A stretch of DNA of 64,000 nt from Haplodiscus bocki (taxonomy: Eukaryota), in NCBI GenBank assembly GCA_965655095.1, contig OZ296650.1, positions 102,114,001-102,178,000 on the forward strand, read 5' to 3'. Each line of letters begins with the position of its first letter. The first letter of the stretch is position 1. The translations under genes and the position numbers were made by a program. The notes under the pieces are model-generated. The model was not told where the DNA came from and made no database searches. It saw nothing but the letters and a program-made list of their open reading frames with translations. This document shows positions 49,750 to 62,329 of the stretch, piece by piece.

Positions 49750-51200
49750 AAATCGATTTTTATTAAAATTTTTTGCTGATTACGATAGAAATAAGCATGT
49801 GCATCAAAAATTGACCTGTATCGATTTTAATTAAAATTTTTACTGATTACGATGGAAATAAGCATGTACATGAAAAATTGACTTGTATCGATTTTAATTA
49901 AATTTTTTGCTGATTACGATAGAAATAAGCATGTGCATCAAAAATTGACCTGTATCGATTTTAATTAAAATTTTTACTGATTACGATGGAAATAAGCATG
50001 TACATGAAAAATTGACTTGTATCGATTTTAATTAAAATTTTTACTGATTACGATGGAAATAAGCATGTACATGAAAAATTGACTTGTATCGATTTTAATT
50101 AAAATTTTTACTGATTACGATGGAAATAAGCATGTACATGAAAAATTGACTTGTATCGATTTTAATTAAAATTTTTACTGATTACGATGGAAATAAGCAT
50201 GTACATGAAAAATTGACTTGTATCGATTTTAATTAAAATTTTTACTGATTACGATGGAAATAAGCATGTACATGAAAAATTGACTTGTATCGATTTTAAT
50301 TAAAATTTTTACTGATTACGATGGAAATAAGCATGTACATGAAAAATTGACTTGTATCGATTTTAATTAAAATTTTTACTGATTACGATGGAAATAAGCA
50401 TGTACATGAAAAATTGACTTGTATCGATTTTAATTAAAATTTTTACTGATTACGATGGAAATAAGCATGTACATGAAAAATTGACTTGTATCGATTTTAA
50501 TTAAAATTTTTACTGATTACGATGGAAATAAGCATGTACATGAAAAATTGACTTGTATCGATTTTAATTAAAATTTTTACTGATTACGATGGAAATAAGC
50601 ATGTACATGAAAAATTGACTTGTATCGATTTTAATTAAAATTTTTACTGATTACGATGGAAATAAGCATGTACATGAAAAATTGACTTGTATCGATTTTA
50701 ATTAAAATTTTTACTGATTACGATGGAAATAAGCATGTACATGAAAAATTGACTTGTATCGATTTTAATTAAAATTTTTACTGATTACGATGGAAATAAG
50801 CATGTACATGAAAAATTGACTTGTATCGATTTTAATTAAAATTTTTACTGATTACGATGGAAATAAGCATGTACATGAAAAATTGACTTGTATCGATTTT
50901 AATTAAAATTTTTACTGATTACGATGGAAATAAGCATGTACATGAAAAATTGACTTGTATCGATTTTAATTAAAATTTTTACTGATTACGATAGAAATAA
51001 GCATGTGCATCAAAAATTGACCTGTATCGATTTTAATTAAAATTTTTACTGATTACGATGGAAATAAGCATGTACATGAAAAATTGACTTGTATCGATTT
51101 TAATTAAAATTTTTACTGATTACGATGGAAATAAGCATGTACATGAAAAATTGACTTGTATCGATTTTAATTAAAATTTTTCAGTGATTACGACCAAACG
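49750..51200. repeat. 67-bp near-perfect tandem satellite (~21 copies) inside the hAT element
   Basis: Unit TTTTTACTGATTACGATGGAAATAAGCATGTACATGAAAAATTGACTTGTATCGATTTTAATTAAAA; starts at 50641 and 50708. Confidence 0.95.
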
Positions 51201-51249
51201 AAGCGTGTATCGCCAAAATGACCTAATATGTTATTTAATCGAAATTAAA

Positions 51250-52240
51250 TTAGAGAAACTTTTCATTTTTCTTCAAGAAAACGTTTCTGGCGTGATGTGC
51301 AGCAGTCATACGACATTGTAAATAATTCTTAGAATATCTACACAATGAAAATAGGCGTTCTGGGTCAACACTGGCGGGTTTAAATGTAATCATATAGGCT
51401 TCAACTTTTCTTAATTCTTTTAACACATAAATTAACTACATGCGCCAAACAAGGAAATGAATACCAACCAAATAACTCAGAAACGGCCTGTACGTCAGCT
51501 CCACAATCAGTAACCGAAATTGTTATGTCACTAGGGGTAAGGCCAAAAAGTGCTAATTGTTTCCGAAGATAGGTTGCAATTTCTTCCGCTCCACAGAAGT
51601 GTTTATAAGGAATTAAACCAAGACAAATGTCGTGCAAATCAACGTATAAATATATACCAATAAACTTCTTCCCATCCTGTGAGGTCCACTTGTCAAACGT
51701 AATTGTTAAAAGCTGTTCCTTGTTTCGCGACTCAATAATTGATTTCAATTTTGAAACAATGCAATGATATTTCTCATCTAATGCTTTGTTCATAGAGTGA
51801 TAAGTAACGCTTCCAAATCCTAATTCACGAAACATACTTTGTAAAGCTTCGCTTTTGGCAACAGCTGTAATAGGAATGTTGTCCTTATACACAAGCTTAG
51901 AAACAGTGTCCATTCCTTTAGTCAAATTAAGCTTGGGACATTTTTTAAAACCAATCTTGGGCTGATTTGTAGGTGCTTTCCGCTTATTGGATTTTGCACA
52001 GGAATCCGCATGTTTTGAAAGACCACTTGTTCCGGAATTCGGGGCCTTGACCAAAGCATCACATTTAATGCATTTTCGCCACTCAGTCTGTACATCGTCC
52101 TTAAATTCCAGCAAAAATAACTTGCACACATTGCTTGAAGTCTTCTTATTGACTCTATATTCAACGACTGGAAGTTTTGGATTTTCAATTACCGTAATTT
52201 CATCAGAAATCGATTGAACGCTAGTACTGGAACTCATCAA
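51250..52240 (-). pseudogene. hAT transposase with internal deletion (BED finger, D, D and CxxH fused out of frame to the C-terminal ERLFS region)
   Basis: CIKC...GTSGLSKH; ITFDKWTS; VTDCGAD; CLAHVVNL in ORF 51401-52240; then PASVDPERLFSLC...* in another frame ending at 51250. Confidence 0.9.
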
Positions 52241-55200
52241 AACTCATCTAAAACGCAAAAAATATTAATTTTCCAAAGTAGAATTTGGTTTTAAAATCAA
52301 GCAAAATAAAATAAAATCTAAAAATATTTTTTATTTTCGTAAAATCAGCTTCGAAAATTTGTAATGCGGAGTTTGAAAAATTCAAATTCAATACCACTTT
52401 TGTGGTATTGAGCCCTCTGGTATTGGTATTGAGGGGTCTAGGTATTGGTATTGGTATTGAGGGTCAAAATTTTGATAGTATTGGTATTGGTATTGGTATT
52501 GAGGGCCCAAGTATTGACTTTTGGTATTGGTATTGGTATTGGTATTGCAATCCCTGAGAAATTTGAAAGACACGTCTGCAATTGAAGATGTTCTGACACA
52601 CATTAGCGTGCCAGCACGCATCGTGGATGTTAAAAGGGTCGGAAAACCGAATGACAAACGTGCAAGTTCACTGATAATTCATGTGGATAGTGTTTGGCAC
52701 GAGAGAATTATACTGCTATCACTCGTCAAAATGGAATGGTACCCGCAAAACCTTTTCATCTCACCAGAAACGACTGCTCTCGAGCGTAAAACAGAAAACG
52801 AATCCTTGAGGAAACGCCGAGAACTGTTACTGAACAACTACCCCGAAGAAGATCTCCGAATGAGCCACATTGTTATACAAGAAAGAAGACGGCCATAGGA
52901 TTGAAGAACGACTAGCACCGATTTTTAACCCAAGGTTTATGTTAACAAACGCGCGTTCGAAAAAAAAAAACAGGACCCCTCGTTGAGCTACCTGCTGACC
53001 TGATTGTATGTGAAAAGTGACGTTTGCCTAGTATCTGAAACATGGTTCAATGTGAAAACCAGATCAGAAAGCATTGAAAACCCAAATTGAACCCTTTAGC
53101 CTGTGGACCGTAACCCTACCAGTTCCGCAGAAGGCATTGGCGGTTATGTAGCATGCTACTAGAAGATAAAAAGGGATGTCATTAAATTAAATGTAGTTGG
53201 ATCTGAGGACTCTGAGCTGATGTGGCTCTTGAGCAAGGAACTGAAGCTCTACCTAGTAATAGTTTACTACACGCCAGAAACAACGAACGGAATTTTGCTC
53301 TAGAGTAATCTGAGAAACAGTATCGAGAAACTAGTGATAGAAACCCCCTTGTACAAATTTGTGATCGGCGGAGATTTTAACCACCTCAAAGCCACCGAAG
53401 TAACAGAAAAAACTCACTGCACTTGGATTAAATTTTCAGGCACTCGAGGCAATAAGTGTCTGGACAAAGTCCTTGTTTCGAATAAAGATTTAATTGATCG
53501 AGCTGAAACCAATAGGACGTCGTTCAACACAGATCATATCGTAACCATACTGCAGCACAAAAAACCACTAAAAGCGGAGTGATGGAAGGTTAAGGTCAGG
53601 GACTATCGCATTCAGAAGCGACAGAGGTTGAACTTAGCGCTAGACAGAGGTGTTTTTGACGCTTTCTTTCCGGTAACGGACCCTTCGACCGCAACAAAAA
53701 TGCTAATGACAGCTATTGCTGAAAAATTGGACAAGCACTGTCCAAAGCGATCGGTAAAAATGTCATCGAAAGACCCACCTTATATGACCCCACCACTGAA
53801 ATTTCTACTACAGATGAAAAACAAACAAAAATCTTCCAGGGGAACACAGAAATTGAAGGTGACGGAAGGAAGAATCCCGGACACGATTATCGCGAAAATT
53901 AAAAGCGCAAAAAACAAACATGGATCTACTTCGTGTTGGAAGAGAACCAATCACATGCTCGTGAAGGGGAAATTATGCTCAACAACGGTGGACTTCGACA
54001 TGGAAGAGATGAATCAGAATTTCGCAGATATTTCCAGGGAAGAGGACTATCAGCCTCCAAGAAAGACAGATACTTGAGGAACGTCACCACTGGAGGTCTC
54101 ACCGCATCTCGTGTATGGAGTACTACACAAAACGAGAGACACTGCGCCTGTGAAAGTTGGAATAACGCCTGGGTTTTCCGCGAGAATGTACATAACCTTA
54201 CTTTCCCACTCAAACACATCCTTGATCACTGTCTCGCACAGGGGAAGTTTCCTGCTTGCCTGAAAAAATCCAAAGTCATTTCTTTACCTAAAGTTGCAAC
54301 GCCGGTAGTCTGAATGATTTTAGACCCATTGCAACTACCCCAATTATGTCCCGGAAAATGGAAAGAATATTGATCAAAAACTTCGTTGCCACAAACTACT
54401 GGGAGAAAATTGAGGCGCGCCAACATGGATTCCGAGTGGGAGGATCAACGGAGAATGCCCCTATACGACTGCATTATGACTGCCGCCACTTTCAATCAGT
54501 GGGATTTGACTATGTTCGGATCATCTCGTTGAACTTTTCAAAGGCATTCGACGAAGTGAAACACAATTTGTTGGTTGAGCAACTTTATGGCTGTTAACTT
54601 CAATACCAAGTCATAAACTTATTCGATGATTTTCTCACTGATCGAAAGTAACACGTTACTATGAACGGTCTCGTCTCAAAAATGCTTTCGTTCGACCTAG
54701 GAGTGACTCAGGGAACAGTGAGTGGACCACGATTTTTCAATTACTACATCAACGATCTCTCCACAGATACGGAAACCACGATGCATTCTAGTTTCGCTGA
54801 TTCCACGACCATTGCTACTGCTGGATACATCGACATTGCAAACGAAAGCTATCAAAGCTTGTGTTTGGTCACAGAATGGTGCCAAGTATACAAATTGAGT
54901 CTCAATACAAGCAACTGTCGAGAACTTCTTGTGCAATTTAGGAAAGGAAAATCAGAGTGCCAGACGAATATTCCACATTGCGACTCATTGAAACTCCTGG
55001 GAGTCCATATTGACACAAACTTCGGCTTGAAAACCCACATGGAGAAATTAATTATCATTGAAATGCAGACAATTAACATTCCAGATTGCCAGGCTCCGAA
55101 AACATGCATATAGCTTCAGAGAAATGCAACATATTTTCAACGCCGTTGTTTCGCTTCACGTTAGATACTGTGTCTCTGTCTACGGAGGAGTCCCCAAGAA

Positions 55201-55533
55201 GCAACTTAAGAAACTTTCCTTAGCCATTAGTCTTGCAAAAAGGTGACTTGACGTCACAGGCGATACTAATTTGTACAGAATTTAACAACAACCTAATTGC
55301 AGAATGCTGAGAAAAATTATGGAAACGGAGAAACACATTCTTGCAGATTTGATTCCTCTTCGAGAGACATACGCAAGCGAGAAACTGAGGAAGACTCCCA
55401 CCAACAAATCCGTTTGGTTTCCAGAATTTCAACATGTTGCCAGATTGCTGACTGAGAAAAGAAGGACTGTAGTGAAAAATATTCTTTGAGTTTTTGCTGT
55501 ACAATTGTTACTTAGAGTATTGGATGTTTTTTT

Positions 55534-55683
55534 NNNNNNNNNNNNNNNNNNNNNNNNNNNNNNNNNNNNNNNNNNNNNNNNNNNNNNNNNNNNNNNNNNN
55601 NNNNNNNNNNNNNNNNNNNNNNNNNNNNNNNNNNNNNNNNNNNNNNNNNNNNNNNNNNNNNNNNNNNNNNNNNNNNNNNNNNN
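55534..55683. other. Assembly gap (150 N)
   Basis: Run of N. Confidence 1.
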
Positions 55684-58600
55684 CTGAAGCAAGCTCAGTA
55701 ATCCAACTCATTAATTTCTTCCATTAATCAAAAACTGGATGACATCAAATCTGTTTGTTCGTCACCCATCGCATCCAATCCTCAAGTGTCTCTGTTGTCG
55801 CACACTAGCTAGAGTGATGTTGTTAAAAAGTCAATGAGTGAATATGACTATGATGTAGCTGCTACAGATTGTGTTTTACTTTATGACGTTGAGGAGAGAG
55901 GTCATGACAACCTCGGCGAGAAATCTGGTAAGGAAGTTCTCAACACTTTAGAAGTTTCATCGAGGATGGTCGTATGTTCGAATCGTTTAGGTGAAACCAG
56001 CACCAACAAGGATTCTAAACCTAGCCTGTTTGAAGTAGAAATAACTTCAAATAACGATAAGAAAACTGATTATGTCTAAAGTGTCACTGCTAAAAAGCTC
56101 AGGAACTTTTGTTAAACATAAGTTGATGTGGAATGATCGACAGAAAGAAAAGTCTCTACTGAGTCTTCGTTTTGCCTTGGTCAACTTGGGTCTCAAGCGT
56201 TATCTGTTGCGAATCAGGGATCTTGAAATATTCTATGATGGCGAAGTATTTGATGAAAACCTCTCGGCGGATGATACAGTTGCATCGTTTTGGTCAGATC
56301 CGACATCTTCCATGGAGACTTCATCCGATTGACTTATCAACAATTTCGTTCTATTGAAAAATCAAAGGATGGCACCTGGAACTAAACACGCCAACTTGCC
56401 AACTCTACTGGAACTTCGAATCATTGATTGACTTTCTTATCTGAGATCTGGTTCAATTCCTCATTTCATGATGATTTTTGTTCGTTATTTGAAATTCTAT
56501 GCGGTGACCAGAGCGGATCGCGTTTATGGTACTCCTGGTGGTGTTACTGCTCTCTGTCGGCGTACTTCGACTCTCAACATTTCTGAAAGAATTTACGACA
56601 GACTATGAATTTGCTGTCGCTGCTACTCTGCAAATTTCTGATAATTCTGTGGCTCTGTACATCCTTTTTTACCTACCTCCTGCCAAGCTCTTATATGATA
56701 CCTTTCGATAGTTTCAGTAGTTGTTTCGAGGATGTTTTTCGGAAAGGTTAAAGCTTCTACCCGCCTTACAAGTTCAACATGTCCCTTATCGTGCTGAGTG
56801 ACTTCAGTTATCGAGACCCAGATTGGTCATCTAAATATACCACTAATAGGCGGGAACTTGAGTTGGGGTATAACAGTTGTGAAAAAGCGTGAATCTGGAG
56901 TATCTCACTTCTTTTGAATTACTACCTCTCATCACTACTGGACCAACGCATCGCCGTGGAATAATTCCTTGACAATATTGTGACTAAAAACAACCTAAAT
57001 CTTGGTTACTCTATTGAAGATAATAGCTTAAGTCACCACTCATCTATCATTTTTAACTACCTTCCCGATTTTATTAAGCCCTGTCAACATCCAACTGAAC
57101 ATTCGTTCAATGACCATACGGACATTGTCACCTTTCATAAATCCCGGGAATGTTTTAGTTTTACTTCATATCCTTCAGCAGGCAACGTAACCGAGCTCCA
57201 TTCGTTCGTTTCATGGAGTTTAAAAAATTGTTTTTCCATCAAAAGGAAAATCGGAGGAAAAACTGTTTTTATTACAGCTCACATACAATTCACTGTTTGA
57301 ACAAGCTGAATACAGTTAGACAAAAGTACTATAAAGACACCATCAAAAACGATCTTGATAGTCTTCAATCAATAGAGGTATTATTGGGATTCTGTGGAGT
57401 TGGATAGGATTATCTACATCAATGGATCATCAATTTCCAGCCGCAATCGATGCTTATCGTTTTTGAATAGTCTCAATACTCCTTTATTGAGGCAAATGTT
57501 TCTATCGCAGGAGAAATTACTCAACTCTGAAATTCCAACCGCTCTGAACAAAAACTGTGCTACAAATTTCATTTTTGATTCGAATGATGGATCGATTTCA
57601 ACTTATGGTGCTCTGGAATTGGATTTTGTTTTAGATTTTATCTGCAGTTCTTCTATCACATATGAAATTATAAGGACTAAAGAGTCCACAGTCTCCACAT
57701 TTGATGGTTTCCCGAAAAAATAATCTAAAAGCTCCAGATCTATTTGGAATATTACTCTATTCTATAGTTTGTTCTATAAATTTGTGTAAATTGTCCCCTC
57801 CATGCGAAAAGTTGCTCGGATAACCCAGTTTTTAAATCAAGATCGCGAAACAGTATAGCGTGTTATCGTCCATTCAAATTACTGCCAAGGTTTTTCTCAT
57901 TTTCTAGGAAATGTTCCATCGTTTCCTTTTTTCAAATCGGAACTCGAAATTTCATCAAAAACGGTTTGACTTTCAGTCTGGCGAAAGTTCTGCTCTGCAA
58001 CTTTTTGACTATCTGGAATGTGTTCATGGCGAGAAATCAATAGATCGATTTTCAGTTTATTTTGACTATGAGAAAGCCTTCGGCAAGTTTCGTCATTCCA
58101 TCCGGCCAGAAAATTTAGCCTCTACCTGGATTACGATTTTTGTTCGATCTTTCAATCTTACGATATGAATAGATATCAATACGTACACGTCATTGATTTC
58201 AGTTCGCATCTCATACATTGTGTCAGTGGTGTTCTTTAGGGCTCTGTTCTCGGGCCTTTTAGGTTTTGGATTTTTGTTAATGATTTACCATCTATCTTTT
58301 TGGACTGCACGGTGTGGTTGTTTGCCGATGATTTGAAACTCTTATTTTCAAACTTCAATTTTCACTATGATCTTTGGCGACTTTATTCCTGGAATCTGGT
58401 AAATGGAATGATCGCGAATTCTGACAAAACCAAATGTATTCACTTCACAGGTACCGCTCAAATAACATTTCCACCTGACCTGTTACTTGAGAACGTGAAT
58501 TCGCACAAAGAATTGGGCGTCTATGTTGAATATGGTCTCAAATGGAACCATCACGTTACAAAAAAACTGCATATGGCCCGCCAAAGCTTCTTTGCTATGA

Positions 58601-59217
58601 AATCTGAAGTACTCTTCAACACCCCCTCCAATATAAAGCTGCAGCTGTACCATAGTATGATGTTATCAATTCTGATTTTTGCCTCCCAGCTTGGTATCCT
58701 GACATTGCAACGCGCGTGGAATCTTTTCAACGTTTCTGTTTCTCCTGGGTTTTTGTACGCAAGCGATGTTACCAAGAGCACCTCAAAAGATCACAGTTTC
58801 TGCCTATTTGTTATCGCCTTGAGTACATTACCTTCTTTTTCCTCTGTCCACTTTTACAATATAAATGCAATTTCAATTTTATTCGTTATTTATTGTTTCA
58901 GGTACCCGAACGACAACTCCGAGCTTCAAGTACCAATATACTCCGCTATCTGAACCCCAAGTGTTATGAAAACGTTTCTTTTTTCGATCGTCCAGTCACC
59001 TTGGCAAACTTCTTGTTAAAAAACAACATAATAGATGGTTTCAATTACTTCAAGAAACATGCAGTCAAAGCCTATCTTCTGCAGAAAGAATTCAACCCTA
59101 TGATGTCTTGTTCGTTTTTTATTTGTTGTAATTGCAGTCAATGTAATATCATCAAGAGTATTTGTTAACGGAATCTGGATCTCGGGAGAGAATCTCTCCT
59201 CTCTCTCTCCCTCTCTC

Positions 59218-59279
<62 letters not shown>
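55684..59279 (+). mobile_element. Highly degenerate CR1/L2 LINE ending in a (TC)n tail
   Basis: ORF1 remnants at 55834-56332; YFDYEKAF; GSVLGP; VWLFADDLKL; terminal CSFFICCNCSQC. Confidence 0.8.
59193..59279. repeat. (TC)n microsatellite
   Basis: Read directly from the sequence. Confidence 0.98.
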
Positions 59280-59282
<3 letters not shown>

Positions 59283-60405
59283 AAAAGATGAATTTTTCAA
59301 AATCAATAAGTTTGGCATATTTGCTGTAGAGTGCGTATCAATTGATAATACTTCCTGAAAAAAAAATTTCCTGCTGATGTGATGGTATCCTTGCAGAATT
59401 TGAAAAATAGATTTGGGAGAATTATCAAAATTTGCTAAAGATAGTCTTTTTTCGAGAAACCGCCTTCATCCTTCTAAGAGGTATATTTAGCAAAGTTAGA
59501 GGGCGCAAAAAATGCCGGAGGTGGCCGGCCGTCTTACTGATCATACAGTGTTTGAAAAAAGCAGAATAGCCATTATGCTTCGTTGTATCGTCAATATTTT
59601 ATGTCAATAAAATAATTGACGTTGGGGTAAGAACTTGTGAGAAGGAATTTGCTTTGATGCAAACAGCTGGGTAGGGTTAAACACTGGCAAAAGAAAACCT
59701 TTGATTTTCCAATGTTGCATAGTGATTCCAGCAAAAATGGACTTCGGTGTGACCGGCAGTCTTGCGGTTGCTACTACTGCAGCTTGTTTTATGATGGTTG
59801 GACAGAAAACACCGCTGTGTTTGGTCAAGCGTCTCAAGTATAAGGATCGGTGATCCTCTGTGTAATGAAAGTATCCGTCGATGGATTGCCAAAGAGACTG
59901 CTTTCGTGGAGAGTTACAGGACTGCCCACGAGCTAACTTTTGTGTGAAGAATTGTTCTTTCTAAATAGGAGCTACAAACTGCAGCCCTTATCTTGCACCA
60001 GGTTGTCCACCCATCCGGACGACAGAAGCATCAATCATGTTTCCTTCTCACTTTTTGGTGAACGGTCTTTTCTTCTGAATTTCAGGTATTAAATGAGCCA
60101 CAACAACCACCTTGTGTTCATGTTGCACATGTGAAAGGTAGTTTTTCTGTCCAATTTTTTCCATCTACATTGGCTGCAAGCGTGTTATTGTGGGACCAAT
60201 CAGTTCTGCATATTGCTTGTTACATTGGAAGGTGATTTCCGTAACGGTAGTTACTCATTTCAGAGGGATTCTGTAAAGCTAGTGGGTTGCTGCAATTTTT
60301 CGCTGGAGGCTTCTTTTTAAAGCATACAAGGCTTTACTTCGGGTGCAGTCTGTCACTTCTTTGCATGCCGATCCTTGTAGAGATGACGAACATCGGAGAT
60401 AGCTC

Positions 60406-62325
60406 ACTGTAAAACCGGCGCGTGCAAAATTAACTGCAAAGGCCGCAGGTAAACTGATCTGCAGGTAAAAATACCTGCGGATGCAGACAAAAATCTCCGC
60501 AGGTACCGATTGCCTGCAGTTTCTGCGCATAACTGCCGGAAATTTACCTGCGCCCGCAGGTAATTCACATGAAGTTTTTATTGTTCGCGTCCGGGCGGAT
60601 TTTTTCAAACCTCGGGACGTTTCCTTTTATCCAGTACCAAACACCTTGACCAAAGTAACCATTTGTTGCCTTTGAAGTCAATGGTGAACCCTTCAAATTT
60701 GATTTTGTTCCAAAAACGTTGAAGTGCTCCTTGCTGGCTCTTCAAACCGTTATCCAAAAAAACAGCTCGCTGAAAAAGTCTTCATTACCATCAAAATGAT
60801 CAGGAACTGGCTGTTGTCACTTAAATCTGAAGAGGAAACAACTTTAAAATGGATCTTATCGGGCTAAATAAAAAAAACTCAAAGCAACTTGAATCTTAAA
60901 ATTGGTGAAGTAAAGGCAAAAGTTTTAAAGTGTACGTTTTAGTCACATGATTTTGTAATATCGATTGATAAGCTTTAGGAATGCAATGCATCCTTACTTT
61001 CTATCTTTTAGTGTCTTCCAGCCTATTCTTGCTGGAAGTAGTGGTAAATGTCTTTGATTACTTCTGAAAACCAAATAGTCTGTTTTCCAAGTTTTGTGTT
61101 AACTGTCTTTTGATGTTCTACTTCGTATACTATAATAGTTGTGCTTTGAAAGATGTTAATGGAGCCTGTTAATGCACCTGCTTGTTGGTGGCCCTGCGCG
61201 TGCCTGAAATGTGTTTCTGGCCAGCGAAGTCTAGAAAAAACCTTGAACTTTTCGAGAAGCATGCATGTCTTTGACCTGGTGCTCAAGTATGGTTCTGACA
61301 TAAATGGAGGAAACTGGTTACAGCTTCTCTTTTGCTTCAATGTGTTGATGGGCATGGATGCCTCCGTTATTCGAATGAGTTTTTTTCAGCTGTGTTTCAG
61401 GTTTTAGATTGAAGTTCTCTCGTATTGCACTTTGACGGAAACGTTTGCCATTGGATTCCAAAAGTGATTTGACCACGAATGGATTGATTTTGGGGTTTTT
61501 GTTGGGAAATGGCTTCTATCGTCGACTTCATATCTGTATGGACTGAAATCTGCAAGAATTGCTCAATTGTTGTTCTTTTTTGACGACATGAATTTTTTTC
61601 GATGTTTAGTTTGAGAGGTATTCTGGTTTGTTCTTTAAAAATGCTTGTACTCTTTAGACATAGGATTTTGTAATATCGATTGATGAGCTTTAGGAATGCA
61701 TTGCAACTTTACTTCCTATGTTTGTGCGTCTTCCCTTCTAGCTTTGCCGCAAGTAATGATAGATTTTCGACAAGATTGTATTACCTGCGAACGCAGGTAA
61801 CTGTACCTGCAGTTCGCAGGTAAAAAGGCCCCTTATGCAGTCTACCTGCGTTACATGCAGTTTAACTGTAAAAACAGGTAATTATACCTGCTTCTACGCG
61901 TCAAGCACTTCACGCAGAATACACGCGATAGTACATGATAAAGCACGCAAGTTGCAGGTAACTTCACCTGCATGATGCAGGCTAACTTACCTGCAATTTG
62001 CAGGTGATTTTACCCGCGGTGTGATAGCAGATTGCCTGCAATTGCAGGTAATTCTGCGTGGAATTGCTGGTTTTTTTGCCCGAGATTTTGCGGGTATTTT
62101 TTTCTGCGTTTGCAGTCATTTTTGCCTGCGTTTGGCGAGTGTTTTTACCTGCGATTCCAGTGTTTTTGCCCCTAAGTTGCATGTATTTTTGCCTGCGGAA
62201 GCAGGTAATTTTGCATGCTAGTCGCGGGCAACTTTGCATGAGTTCCGCATGTAAAACTACCTGTAAAATGCTTGTGGTATTCAGGTAAAGTTACACGCGC
62301 CCGCAGGCAATTCGCGTGTGTTCTG
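60406..62325. mobile_element. Probable non-autonomous DNA element with GCAGGTAA/TTACCTGC subterminal motif arrays
   Basis: Starts CACTGTAAAA. Dense GCAGGTAA/TTACCTGC motifs at 60440-60570 and 61780-62310. No matching right terminus was found; it abuts a LINE tail. Confidence 0.5.
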
Positions 62326-62329
62326 TATT

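Larger units (their letters stand above)
49527..52556 (-). mobile_element. hAT DNA transposon, internally deleted
   Basis: TIRs CAGGGAATTCAATAC and GTATTGCAATCCCTG (13/15 match). 8-bp TSD AGAAATTT at 49519-49526 and 52557-52564. (GGTATT)n subterminal repeats at both ends. Confidence 0.93.
49080..55530 (+). mobile_element. Degenerate L2/CR1-type LINE (PHD ORF1, APE-RT ORF2) split by a hAT insertion
   Basis: PHD remnant CQKC...WFH...KCATV (49102-49302); ORF1 resumes after 52556; IGGDFNH, QHGFR, LNFSKAFDEV, GVTQGTVSGP, FAD. Confidence 0.8.

Noticed and set aside
52388-52657. QY-repeat ORF (also 49480-49671)
   Set aside because: Translation of the (GGTATT)n hAT subterminal repeats.
55429-55727. 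ORFs spanning X runs
   Set aside because: Artefacts of the N gap.
59016-59318. RE-repeat ORF
   Set aside because: Translation of the (TC)n microsatellite.
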